DNA from: a virus
Direction: 5' to 3' (one strand)
Virus record (IMG/VR): IMGVR_UViG_3300033508_000321
DNA: 64,000 nt
The notes below the pieces were generated by a model. It ran no database searches, had not been told where the DNA came from, and was given only the letters and a program-made list of their open reading frames with translations. Of the stretch, positions 52,314-60,423 are shown piece by piece (the first letter of the stretch is position 1; each line of letters starts with the position of its first letter). Both the position numbers and the translations under genes were made by a program.

Positions 52314-52898
52314 ATGAAAGAATTGAAAGAAGCACTAACGAACCTAGCCCGGTACTGGGCAACACAACTGAGTAAAGCAGGCGTAAGCCCTGTTTTCCCG
52401 GAACCAAAAACAGCTACAGAAGTTAGCATCATGCAAGGACATTTGCAGTGTCCACCGGATGGTGTAGTACTTTTTAGCATAAATCCCGATACCTATGATG
52501 TAACGGTGAAAAACGATAAAGGCGAAATGCATTTTCCCGCCGGTGAAATTTACGACGTAATAAAAAGATGCGGCCAAAGTTTGGGTAAACACAAGTTCGG
52601 TAACATCGACAAACCCGGATTGAACATGCAAAAATTCTTTGTCCAGATGCTCAGACAAAAGCGTGAATACGTAGTACAGTACTTAGATTTTTGTGAAGAG
52701 TACGAAAGACTGCATAATGAGTTTTACTCAAAGCAGCCCAAAGATAATAATGCATTTCGTTGGACAGCCGATTATAATGCTCATAGGGATATAGATGCTT
52801 CACTTTTGGCACGTCACCCATACTATGAAGAGTTTAAACGTGCATACCAGTATCGTGATTTAATCAAAGCAAATTTACGGATGTGGCGGGAATCTTAG
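52314..52898 (+). CDS. Hypothetical protein
   Basis: 194 aa with an ATG start. Confidence 0.55.
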   Translation: MKELKEALTNLARYWATQLSKAGVSPVFPEPKTATEVSIMQGHLQCPPDGVVLFSINPDTYDVTVKNDKGEMHFPAGEIYDVIKRCGQSLGKHKFGNIDKPGLNMQKFFVQMLRQKREYVVQYLDFCEEYERLHNEFYSKQPKDNNAFRWTADYNAHRDIDASLLARHPYYEEFKRAYQYRDLIKANLRMWRES

Positions 52899-53146
52899 AG
52901 AAGAAAAAATCGGCAAAAGATAGGGTACTCAAAATGGCGTACCCTGTAGCCGATAAAAGGGTAAGCGGAAAAGACCTTTTAGAGCAGGGTTTAATCTTGC
53001 GAAAATTTAAACGCAAAATGCTATGTTTTGCAGAACTCACAACCGGCGAAACGCTGGTAATACCTGAAGCATTTTTTAACATGATAAACCTGCATAAAAA
53101 TGACCGAAAACGAAAAGAATCTGCTCAATCAAATAGCAGGCCTTAA
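52883..53146 (+). CDS. Hypothetical protein (start uncertain: GTG 52883 or ATG 52934)
   Basis: 87 or 70 aa. Basic C-terminus. Confidence 0.4.
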   Translation: MAGILEKKKSAKDRVLKMAYPVADKRVSGKDLLEQGLILRKFKRKMLCFAELTTGETLVIPEAFFNMINLHKNDRKRKESAQSNSRP

Positions 53147-53357
53147 AGATGAAATTACCATGCTCGAGTATGAGCTGGCAAGGCTAAAAGTGGAAAAAAT
53201 GAGCTTTAATACTATGCTGCAATCCGAGTTAAAAAAGCAAAGATTCCTGATAGCAGAAAAAGCGGACGTGAAACAAGAAGTATTACCTGATGAAACCGTA
53301 GTATGGGTAGTAGACAAAGATTCAATTTATAATAACCCTTTAATACTGATGAAATGA
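53100..53357 (+). CDS. Hypothetical coiled-coil protein
   Basis: 85 aa with an ATG start. Confidence 0.45.
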   Translation: MTENEKNLLNQIAGLKDEITMLEYELARLKVEKMSFNTMLQSELKKQRFLIAEKADVKQEVLPDETVVWVVDKDSIYNNPLILMK

Positions 53358-53734
53358 GCACACGTGCCTACATAGCAAGAAAAATAGATGATGGTTTTGA
53401 GTACATCTACTGCCACAATTCCGGTGAAGAAGACATAGCAGTATTGATAGACGATTACGGTACTGATGAAAAGGTAAAAGAACTAATATCCCTTGGTGAC
53501 ATTTCATCTTTGGGCTCGAAAGTAATCCCAAACCCAGGAAGACGTCACACATTCGAACATCCACAAAAAGACGTAACCGTAGCCTATTACCGAGACCGCA
53601 ACGAAGGCTGGTTACGAGTGAAACCGGGCAGAGTACCAGCGTTACACGAGCTGTTAGGTATAGCAGAAAGAGGAGGAATAGACTTTGTGTTTACATTTGA
53701 CAATGGTGTATGGGCTAGTTATGAGATAGTTTAA
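53354..53734 (+). CDS. Hypothetical protein
   Basis: 126 aa. ATGA overlap. Its stop lies inside the first direct repeat of cassette B. Confidence 0.55.
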   Translation: MSTRAYIARKIDDGFEYIYCHNSGEEDIAVLIDDYGTDEKVKELISLGDISSLGSKVIPNPGRRHTFEHPQKDVTVAYYRDRNEGWLRVKPGRVPALHELLGIAERGGIDFVFTFDNGVWASYEIV

Positions 53735-53879
53735 CAACTTATTTACAAATTGAGGAAACTTTGTTAAAAACTTGTTAATTTCTTATAGATTTTAACAAAT
53801 CATTAACAAAGTTTCCTTTTACAATTTTCTGGGTGTTAACAACTTATTAACAAATGTTACTTTATCTTTGTTGTATAAA
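53731..53879 (+). repeat. 149-bp intergenic cassette, copy B
   Basis: Same offsets as copy A: arms at 53753-53767 and 53803-53817, TATCTTTG at 53863-53870. The identical leader CAAATAAGAAAAACAC is shared with copy C. Confidence 0.9.
53863..53870 (+). promoter_or_regulatory. TAnnTTTG box of cassette B
   Basis: TATCTTTG, 26 nt before ATG 53897. Confidence 0.5.
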
Positions 53880-53896
53880 CAAATAAGAAAAACACA

Positions 53897-54220
53897 ATGG
53901 AAACTCAATTAGCAATCAGAACCAGACAACAAGAAATAGCTCAAACTATACTGGAACAACTAGGTGGATTAAATCGTTTAAATGCGATGTTAGGCTTAAA
54001 AGACTTGATGGTAAACGGTTATGGCCTCAGTTTCAAAATCAGCGTAAAAGCAGCCGCAAACTATGTAAACATCACATTAACCAGTGATGGTCTGTACTAC
54101 GTAGAATTGGGTAAAATTCGTGGCAAATCTTACAACATAGTAGCTAACTTTCAAGGCGTGTATGCTGACCAATTGAAAAGCATAATCGAAGATACAGCAA
54201 AAGTAAGACTATCATTATAA
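53897..54220 (+). CDS. Hypothetical protein (cargo of cassette B)
   Basis: 107 aa. Bracketed by cassette B and the GGGGCGAAAGCCCC hairpin. Confidence 0.65.
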   Translation: METQLAIRTRQQEIAQTILEQLGGLNRLNAMLGLKDLMVNGYGLSFKISVKAAANYVNITLTSDGLYYVELGKIRGKSYNIVANFQGVYADQLKSIIEDTAKVRLSL

Positions 54221-54227
54221 AAACAAA

Positions 54228-54241
54228 GGGGCGAAAGCCCC
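54228..54241 (+). terminator. GNRA-loop hairpin GGGGC-GAAA-GCCCC (copy 2 of 3)
   Basis: Identical 14-mer. The T-tract after this copy is weak. Confidence 0.45.
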
Positions 54242-54270
54242 TACTTAAAACAACAGAAAAACACCAGAGC

Positions 54271-54432
54271 ATGAAAACTTTTGAAATCGAATTTACTACC
54301 TTAGGTGGTAACACGCAATCAGTATTGGTAGACGCTTACTCGCAGCTACAAGCAATTCGCACATTTGAGAAAAACTATGCGGTGGATGAGATACTGAACA
54401 TTGAAGAAATAGAAATCCCAGAAATAGACTAA
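54271..54432 (+). CDS. Hypothetical 53-aa protein (not in the ORF track)
   Basis: ATG 54271 to TAA 54430-54432. 'MKTFEIEFTTLGGNTQSVLVDAYSQLQAIRTFEKNYAVDEILNIEEIEIPEID', hand translated. It fills the gap before the methyltransferase gene. Confidence 0.45.
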   Translation: MKTFEIEFTTLGGNTQSVLVDAYSQLQAIRTFEKNYAVDEILNIEEIEIPEID

Positions 54433-54433
54433 T

Positions 54434-55939
54434 ATGTGGAATCAAGATTTTTTCCCCACGCCGGCAGAGGTAGTATCACAGATGCTACTCGGTGAGGATT
54501 TAATCGGCAAAATAATTTTAGAGCCTTCAGCAGGTAAAGGTAACATAGTGGACATATTGGTAGAACGTGGTGCAAAAGAAGTGTTAGCGTGTGAGCAAGA
54601 ACCACAACTACGTAGAATACTCAAAGGCTGCAAAATCTTAGCCGCTGATTTTCTCACTCTTACCAGTGAGGCTGTTAGCCACATTGACTACATCATAGCA
54701 AACCCACCGTTTTCAGAGCAAGAAAAGCACATACAGCACATGATCGATATAGCACCCGATGGTTGCATCATTGTAACGTTGTGCAACTCGAATTTAACAA
54801 ACGCAAATACTACCTCACGCCATAGAATAATGAGCTACGCAAGTCAGTATGGCTATTCGCAGGATTTGGGTAGCGTTTTTAGTGATGCTGAGCGCACAAC
54901 GGATGTAAGCGTTTCAATGCTCAAAATTTTTAAACCGAAAACGGCGGAAAATGAGTTTGATGGGTATTTCGAATTAGACGATACACCAGAGGAGGATGGC
55001 GAAGGCATTATGAGCTATTCAATCATTCGGGAGTTCGTTAACCGATACGTAGGTGCGATAAAAGATTTTGACTCAGTATACGAAGCCCAAAAGCGGATGA
55101 ATAACCTAATACAGCCATTCAATAGCAGTATCGTTTTTTCCGCTCACGATGACAAAACACCACTAACACGTGAAGCATTCAAAAAGCAATTACAAAAAGC
55201 GGCGTGGAAAATGATTTTTTCGAAAATGGATATGCATAAGTACACTACCGAAAAGCTAATGACGCAGTTAAATAAATTCGTAGAACGTCAGCAACACGTG
55301 CCCTTTACCGTTAAAAATGTGTGGAAAATGATCGACATGATTGTCGGTACACATGATTCCCGGATGCAGTCTTTAATCGTAGAAATCTTTGATAAAATCA
55401 CAGCACACACACCCGATAATAAACTGGTGCAAGAAGGGTGGAAAACCAACAGCGAGTATATTGTTAACAAGCGATTTATTCTACCTTCGCACGATGTTCG
55501 AATGGGTTACAACGGTAAACCGGATTGGAACTGGAACCGAAATAATTATTTCTTAGATGACCTCACAAAAGCACTTAGGCTTGTAATGGGCAACGAGTTG
55601 GGAAAAGCAGCGAGAGCGGAATTTATTAAGTTAGAAGGTATACGTCCGGTGCAATGGTATGCCGTTGGTAGCTGCAAATGTATGCTTGAAAATGATGGTA
55701 CAATTCGTGAAGAACCCTTGGGATTCTCAGAGGTAATAAAATCGGCGGAATGGGGTGAGTGGTGTAGTTTCGGATACATAAAATTCAGATGCTACAAGAA
55801 GGGTACAGTACACGTGGAATTTCAAACAGAAGAAGTTTGGGCAAAATTTAACAACGTAGCAGCAAAAGCAAAAGGATTTCAGTTAGCAAGCAATTTCAAA
55901 CCAAATACTAAAAAGAATGGAAATAAGTTTAATTCCTAA
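54434..55939 (+). CDS. N6-adenine DNA methyltransferase with a roughly 300-aa C-terminal extension
   Basis: Motif I 'ILEPSAGKGN'. Motif IV 'IIANPPFSEQ'. Confidence 0.75.
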   Translation: MWNQDFFPTPAEVVSQMLLGEDLIGKIILEPSAGKGNIVDILVERGAKEVLACEQEPQLRRILKGCKILAADFLTLTSEAVSHIDYIIANPPFSEQEKHIQHMIDIAPDGCIIVTLCNSNLTNANTTSRHRIMSYASQYGYSQDLGSVFSDAERTTDVSVSMLKIFKPKTAENEFDGYFELDDTPEEDGEGIMSYSIIREFVNRYVGAIKDFDSVYEAQKRMNNLIQPFNSSIVFSAHDDKTPLTREAFKKQLQKAAWKMIFSKMDMHKYTTEKLMTQLNKFVERQQHVPFTVKNVWKMIDMIVGTHDSRMQSLIVEIFDKITAHTPDNKLVQEGWKTNSEYIVNKRFILPSHDVRMGYNGKPDWNWNRNNYFLDDLTKALRLVMGNELGKAARAEFIKLEGIRPVQWYAVGSCKCMLENDGTIREEPLGFSEVIKSAEWGEWCSFGYIKFRCYKKGTVHVEFQTEEVWAKFNNVAAKAKGFQLASNFKPNTKKNGNKFNS

Positions 55940-56132
55940 AAGTGGGTACGAGCACATGATAAAATTTGCGGTGCAACGTGGTGAGGTAGAAAATACAATC
56001 TACTATACCGATGGCACAATAGGCATAGAGGTAGAACCTGACGAGGCGGATGCTCAGGTAGCGTACATAAAAACGGTGCTGCTTAAGTACGATGTTTCGG
56101 AAAACGATTACACTTTGAGATATGAGCCTTAG
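55917..56132 (+). CDS. Hypothetical protein
   Basis: 71 aa. Overlaps the upstream gene by 23 nt. Confidence 0.4.
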   Translation: MEISLIPKSGYEHMIKFAVQRGEVENTIYYTDGTIGIEVEPDEADAQVAYIKTVLLKYDVSENDYTLRYEP

Positions 56133-56697
56133 TAAGAAAATCATAAAAGAATACGGCATTGACGTGAATAGCGGGGAAACTGTAGAGGTTTTCCCCCCCA
56201 CGATTGACGATATACTTATTGAGTATGCCATACGTTTACGCCGCCGTGAGCGTTTTTTCTTTCACCGGACGTATAAACGTAATCTTTCGATGCGTGGAAT
56301 GTACTTAGCGCAGATAAAACGCCTTAAAGCGGAAAATGTGAAGTTAAAGTATGATATGTTCGCATTGCAAGTTGAAACCGATAAAAAGATAGTGCAAACG
56401 TTGAAGCACCCGATACCCAAACCACCGGTAAAACGGGCGGTAAAAAATTCTGGTGAAATACCGAAAACCGTTAAAAGCATATTGACTGGCTATACAATGG
56501 TAGAGGGTGACGTGATAACTACCTTCATAAAACGCTGGGATGCATACTCGCATGAAATAAAAATGGTAAAAGTAAAGGGTGCTTACTTGTTTAACTTTTG
56601 TTTGTACGAAGGTGAAAAAATAAAAACCCGCAGCAAACTAACTACCGCTTCAACCGCAGTTATTACTAACGAATTAAAGCAAAGAATGTACGTATGA
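56122..56697 (+). CDS. Hypothetical protein
   Basis: 191 aa with an ATG start. Confidence 0.55.
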   Translation: MSLSKKIIKEYGIDVNSGETVEVFPPTIDDILIEYAIRLRRRERFFFHRTYKRNLSMRGMYLAQIKRLKAENVKLKYDMFALQVETDKKIVQTLKHPIPKPPVKRAVKNSGEIPKTVKSILTGYTMVEGDVITTFIKRWDAYSHEIKMVKVKGAYLFNFCLYEGEKIKTRSKLTTASTAVITNELKQRMYV

Positions 56698-56969
56698 TAA
56701 ACCAGAAAATTAAAGATGCTATTGAGAATGGCTATTTAGATGATAGCGTATGCGTTAACCCCGATGGTTATTTTGTAACCGTAGAAGTTAAGTTACGCAT
56801 ACCGAAGAGTTTTATGCACCAAGTTCATACAAGGCAGATAGAGAAAGGATTGAAGAAGTACGGTAAAACCATTGACGATTGCGAACCGGATGAGCATCCG
56901 TGGGAACTGATGGCGATTGAAGAAATGATCGATTTATTGGCATATTACTTTAAAAACAAGCAACAATGA
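56694..56969 (+). CDS. Hypothetical protein
   Basis: 91 aa. ATGA overlaps on both sides. Confidence 0.5.
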   Translation: MINQKIKDAIENGYLDDSVCVNPDGYFVTVEVKLRIPKSFMHQVHTRQIEKGLKKYGKTIDDCEPDEHPWELMAIEEMIDLLAYYFKNKQQ

Positions 56970-57625
56970 AAGTAGAAAGATCATTGCGTGTACTAATAAC
57001 GCATGAAGAAAGTCAAACAGTAATGGAGGCGTTTTTGAATGCCGGACATGATGCGTATAGCTGCGACTTATTGCCAGCAAGTGGTAAATACCCTGAAAGG
57101 CACTTGCAGATGGATTGCTTTGAGGCCATAAAATTTATTAAACCGGATTTTTTAGGGATGCACCCGGAGTGTACTCGATTAACAGTTGCGGCAAATAAAT
57201 ATTACAAGCCCGAATATGCTGAAAGGTTTCCAGATATACACACGCAGCGAGCCGAGGCGGTTGACCATTTTTTGAAATGCGCCGAAGCACTAGAGCACGT
57301 TGGTACGGGTTACATTGAAAACCCAATAGGCATAATGAGCAGGTTGCATAAAAAGCCAACTCAAATAGTACAACCTTATCAATTCGGACATTCTGAACGT
57401 AAAAGCACTTGTTTATGGCTTGCCGGATTGCCTACGTTGTACGCCACTAAAGTAGTTGAGCCTGATATAATCGTGCATAAAAGTGGTAGAACTGACAGCC
57501 GCTTGCACTACGAAACTCTTAAACTGCCAAGAGAGGAAAGAAGAAAAGCACGGTCAAAAACATTTCCGGGTATCGCTCAGGCAATGGCCGAACAATGGAC
57601 TAATTATTTACTTAATAAATTATAA
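56966..57625 (+). CDS. C5-cytosine-methyltransferase-like protein with a non-canonical motif I
   Basis: 'GMHPECTRL' (PC-like), 'YIENPIG' (ENV-like), 'FGHSERKSTCLW', 'RSKTFPGIAQAMAEQW'. The N-terminus is 'VLITHEESQTV' instead of a Gly-rich SAM loop. Confidence 0.5.
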   Translation: MKVERSLRVLITHEESQTVMEAFLNAGHDAYSCDLLPASGKYPERHLQMDCFEAIKFIKPDFLGMHPECTRLTVAANKYYKPEYAERFPDIHTQRAEAVDHFLKCAEALEHVGTGYIENPIGIMSRLHKKPTQIVQPYQFGHSERKSTCLWLAGLPTLYATKVVEPDIIVHKSGRTDSRLHYETLKLPREERRKARSKTFPGIAQAMAEQWTNYLLNKL

Positions 57626-57627
57626 CA

Positions 57628-58446
57628 ATGAAAGTAGAAATTTTAGCAGATTCACTGCACCGAGGCCACCGCCTCACCACTTTCCGACTCACGTTTCCTC
57701 AAATCATAGTAAAGGAAATGCTTCGGCATAGAATGTTTTCTTTCGCAAGTCTGAGTATGCGGGCTATTGGCTTAGATAGAAACATAGAAAAAATAAAGGC
57801 GGATATGTGGCGACCTTTGAGCTGGTTACCTGAGCACAAAGGTATGTGTACTGATGAGGTAATTGAAAACCGGGAAGAACTGGACGAGCTACATAATGAG
57901 CTATTCCAAATCACTATGCGATACGTAAGACAGTTGCAGCAAAGAAACGTATCCCACCAAATCGTTAACCGGTACATAGAACATTTCGGGCAAGTGCAGA
58001 TGATTGTATCAGCAACCGAATGGGAAAACTTCTACAAGTTACGCAGGGGTAAACGTGCTGAGCAGCACATAAAACTTTTGGCGGAAACGATGTACGATGC
58101 TCAAAATACGAGTACACCATACACGTCCGATGACCGCTTCTGGCATATGCCATTCGTTGGTGGTATAGAAGAAAACGTGGCGAAAGTAGCACGTGTTTCG
58201 TTTAGTCAAGATAAGGTATTCACACCAGAGGAAAATAAAAACTTGTACAAGAAACTTTTAGCAAGCGGTGAAATGTCACCATTTGAACACGTGGCCGTGG
58301 CAATGGGTAGCCGTTACTATGATTATTCACGAACCGTTACCGGTGGTTTAGAGCATGGATGGGATAAAAATTTCCGTGGTTTTATTTCTCTTCGCACGCT
58401 GGTGGAAAACCCTTTGAACGTAGACTACGTGGAAATGGCAGTGTAG
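57628..58446 (+). CDS. thyX: Flavin-dependent thymidylate synthase
   Basis: Exact ThyX signature RHRxxSxxxxSxR in 'LRHRMFSFASLSMRA'. 272 aa. Confidence 0.85.
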   Translation: MKVEILADSLHRGHRLTTFRLTFPQIIVKEMLRHRMFSFASLSMRAIGLDRNIEKIKADMWRPLSWLPEHKGMCTDEVIENREELDELHNELFQITMRYVRQLQQRNVSHQIVNRYIEHFGQVQMIVSATEWENFYKLRRGKRAEQHIKLLAETMYDAQNTSTPYTSDDRFWHMPFVGGIEENVAKVARVSFSQDKVFTPEENKNLYKKLLASGEMSPFEHVAVAMGSRYYDYSRTVTGGLEHGWDKNFRGFISLRTLVENPLNVDYVEMAV

Positions 58447-58448
58447 TT

Positions 58449-58597
58449 TTAACAACTTATTTACAATTAAAGGAAACTTTGTTAAAAACTTGTTAATTTC
58501 TAATAGATTTTAACAAATCATTAACAAAGTTTCCTTTTATAATTTATTGGTGTTTAACAACTTATTAACAAATGATGCTTTATCTTTGTTGTATAAA
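58449..58597 (+). repeat. 149-bp intergenic cassette, copy C
   Basis: Same offsets as the other copies: arms at 58471-58485 and 58521-58535, TATCTTTG at 58581-58588. Confidence 0.9.
58581..58588 (+). promoter_or_regulatory. TAnnTTTG box of cassette C
   Basis: TATCTTTG, 26 nt before ATG 58615. Confidence 0.5.
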
Positions 58598-58614
58598 CAA
58601 ATAAGAAAAACACC

Positions 58615-58941
58615 ATGAGAACTTTAACAAGCAGTTTCACAAGATTAGAGGAAAACACACTTTTTTCCGCTGAATTTCAACAAGCATTAACAGAAGTGCA
58701 AAATATGGTACTGGGATTAAGCCCAATGAAAGCCGAACAGGGAAAGTTATACGCAGCGGAAGCAGCCGGGGAACTTTCCGAGTACGAGGTTGACAAGCTG
58801 GTAGAAACTACCATAGTTGAGCACAAGAAATTCACGGCAAAGTTCTACAAATTGGAACTTAACGATGATGACCAAGGGCAGTATTCAGCTACCGAGGGTG
58901 CGTTTTTTGCCTCCGGTGTAGCCACACTAACAATATACTAG
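58615..58941 (+). CDS. Hypothetical protein (cargo of cassette C)
   Basis: 108 aa. Bracketed by cassette C and the GGGGCGAAAGCCCC hairpin. Confidence 0.65.
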   Translation: MRTLTSSFTRLEENTLFSAEFQQALTEVQNMVLGLSPMKAEQGKLYAAEAAGELSEYEVDKLVETTIVEHKKFTAKFYKLELNDDDQGQYSATEGAFFASGVATLTIY

Positions 58942-58955
58942 TAGTCACAAACAAC

Positions 58956-58972
58956 GGGGCGAAAGCCCCTTT
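58956..58972 (+). terminator. GNRA-loop hairpin GGGGC-GAAA-GCCCC (copy 3 of 3)
   Basis: Identical 14-mer followed by TTT. Confidence 0.6.
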
Positions 58973-58985
58973 AAAAAACTAAAAA

Positions 58986-59738
58986 ATGGAAAAATTAATT
59001 TTAAACCCAGTTTCAAGGGCGCACAGGAGAAACCGCCAAAGTAGAACAATTTTGGTTACCAAAACTAAAATTTATACTTTCAATGGTCAAAGTATTGACG
59101 GCGTTTGCGTTTCAGAATTAGTAGATGCAAATAAAAACGGCAAGTGGAGTACCAAAGATTATGCTGTTATTCTTGCAGAGGGTGTTTCTGTGATACACTT
59201 AAAGGAAGACTGGGAAACATGCGAATACATAAATGATGTATCGTCTGTTAAATCAATGGCTAAGGCATTAAACCTCGAAAATTCAGCACCGTCTATCGTT
59301 GCTGAGTACATAAAAAGTGAATTGCCTGACGCATGGGAACGACACCTCAGTTTCAAGAAACGGGTGGCAGCATTAGACGATGCGGGTATATCAGAAACTC
59401 TCGAGATAGAGTACAACTATGAGTTCAGGAATAATAGATGTGGGCATCTGCACTTGCTGCTTGATGAGAAAGTTTGGGATTTCAAAGAAATACCCGGAAA
59501 GCTAGTTATAAAAGAAGAAAACCATTATTCAGGACGTGGCGGAGGCGGATGCCATTACAAGTTAATAATTGATGCCAGTATCAAAGTAGAAGAACTGTAC
59601 GAAAGCGATTACGGCGATGATGCCCTTGATACTAGAGGCTGGAAAAAAGAGTATAATGGGGGGTGGGTAAAAGAAGTTGTTGCCGTAAACTCAAATTCTC
59701 CATTTGCGAATTTAGCACATATGCTCAATAAAAAATAA
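58986..59738 (+). CDS. Hypothetical protein
   Basis: 250 aa with an ATG start. No motif recognised. Confidence 0.6.
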   Translation: MEKLILNPVSRAHRRNRQSRTILVTKTKIYTFNGQSIDGVCVSELVDANKNGKWSTKDYAVILAEGVSVIHLKEDWETCEYINDVSSVKSMAKALNLENSAPSIVAEYIKSELPDAWERHLSFKKRVAALDDAGISETLEIEYNYEFRNNRCGHLHLLLDEKVWDFKEIPGKLVIKEENHYSGRGGGGCHYKLIIDASIKVEELYESDYGDDALDTRGWKKEYNGGWVKEVVAVNSNSPFANLAHMLNKK

Positions 59739-59761
59739 ATTAGCTTTTGAGGTTTAGTCAG

Positions 59762-59769
59762 TATCTTTG
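59762..59769 (+). promoter_or_regulatory. TAnnTTTG box upstream of the lysozyme gene
   Basis: TATCTTTG. It lies inside the longer track ORF (59747), which supports ATG 59816 as the start. Confidence 0.45.
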
Positions 59770-59815
59770 TGTTTTCTCTGGGATAAATACCCGGCTAAAC
59801 ACTAAATTTCAAAAT

Positions 59816-60292
59816 ATGAAACTAATTTTAACAATCATTTTTTCCGCCTTTTTTCTTTCAGCATACGCACCAAGTGAAAAGGTAAGCTACTCAATCATGA
59901 GTCACTACGAAAGCATAGTGCAGTACATAAAAGACCATGAAGGTTTCTCTAGTACAGTGTATAATGATAACGGTTATCAGGCCATAGGGTACGGTGTAAG
60001 GCTTTTAAACCTGAGCTACGTACCTGATACGGTGGACAAAAAAGCGGCGGAAAAAATGCTTAGAGCGGTGTTCGATAAAAACATACAGTACATAGAACAC
60101 CACTACCCTAGATTACCAGAAAATAAAAAATTGGCCTTAGCTCATCTCTCATATTGTGTGGGCATTGGTACAGTGATAAAGTATAATGGAATTTTGCCGG
60201 AAAAAACATTCGGCCAAAGTATAAACCTACGTAATTTTGAAAAACGTATATGGACACAATTAGTAAGGAAGAGTTTATTGAAGCGGTTTTAA
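59816..60292 (+). CDS. Endolysin, T4-type lysozyme (GH24-like) with an N-terminal signal peptide
   Basis: 'MKLILTIIFSAFFLSAYA|PS' looks like a signal peptide. 'HEGFSSTVYNDNGYQAIGYG' has the E-x8-D spacing and aligns with T4 lysozyme '[21 protein letters not shown]' (from memory). Confidence 0.65.
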   Translation: MKLILTIIFSAFFLSAYAPSEKVSYSIMSHYESIVQYIKDHEGFSSTVYNDNGYQAIGYGVRLLNLSYVPDTVDKKAAEKMLRAVFDKNIQYIEHHYPRLPENKKLALAHLSYCVGIGTVIKYNGILPEKTFGQSINLRNFEKRIWTQLVRKSLLKRF

Positions 60293-60423
60293 AAGGCATT
60301 ATACCGCACCTGAGCACGTATGATGCTACGCATCTGCTACAGCAAGTAGAAAGCCTGTATGGTCGGAAAACCATTGAAGAAGCCATCTTATTTTTACAAA
60401 TGACTTACACCGGCAGAGTATGA
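60250..60423 (+). CDS. Hypothetical 57-aa protein (not in the ORF track)
   Basis: ATG 60250 to TGA 60421-60423. The stop overlaps the next ATG (ATGAATG). 'MDTISKEEFIEAVLKGIIPHLSTYDATHLLQQVESLYGRKTIEEAILFLQMTYTGRV'. Confidence 0.4.
   Translation: MDTISKEEFIEAVLKGIIPHLSTYDATHLLQQVESLYGRKTIEEAILFLQMTYTGRV

Noticed and set aside
36920-58597. Whether the three 149-bp cassettes are a CRISPR array or MITE/IS remnants
   Set aside because: It is not a CRISPR array: there are only three copies, kilobases apart, with genes between them, and no short regular spacers or cas genes. I saw no terminal inverted repeats at the cassette ends, no target-site duplications and no transposase. Mobility is therefore unsupported, although promoter copy-paste remains possible.
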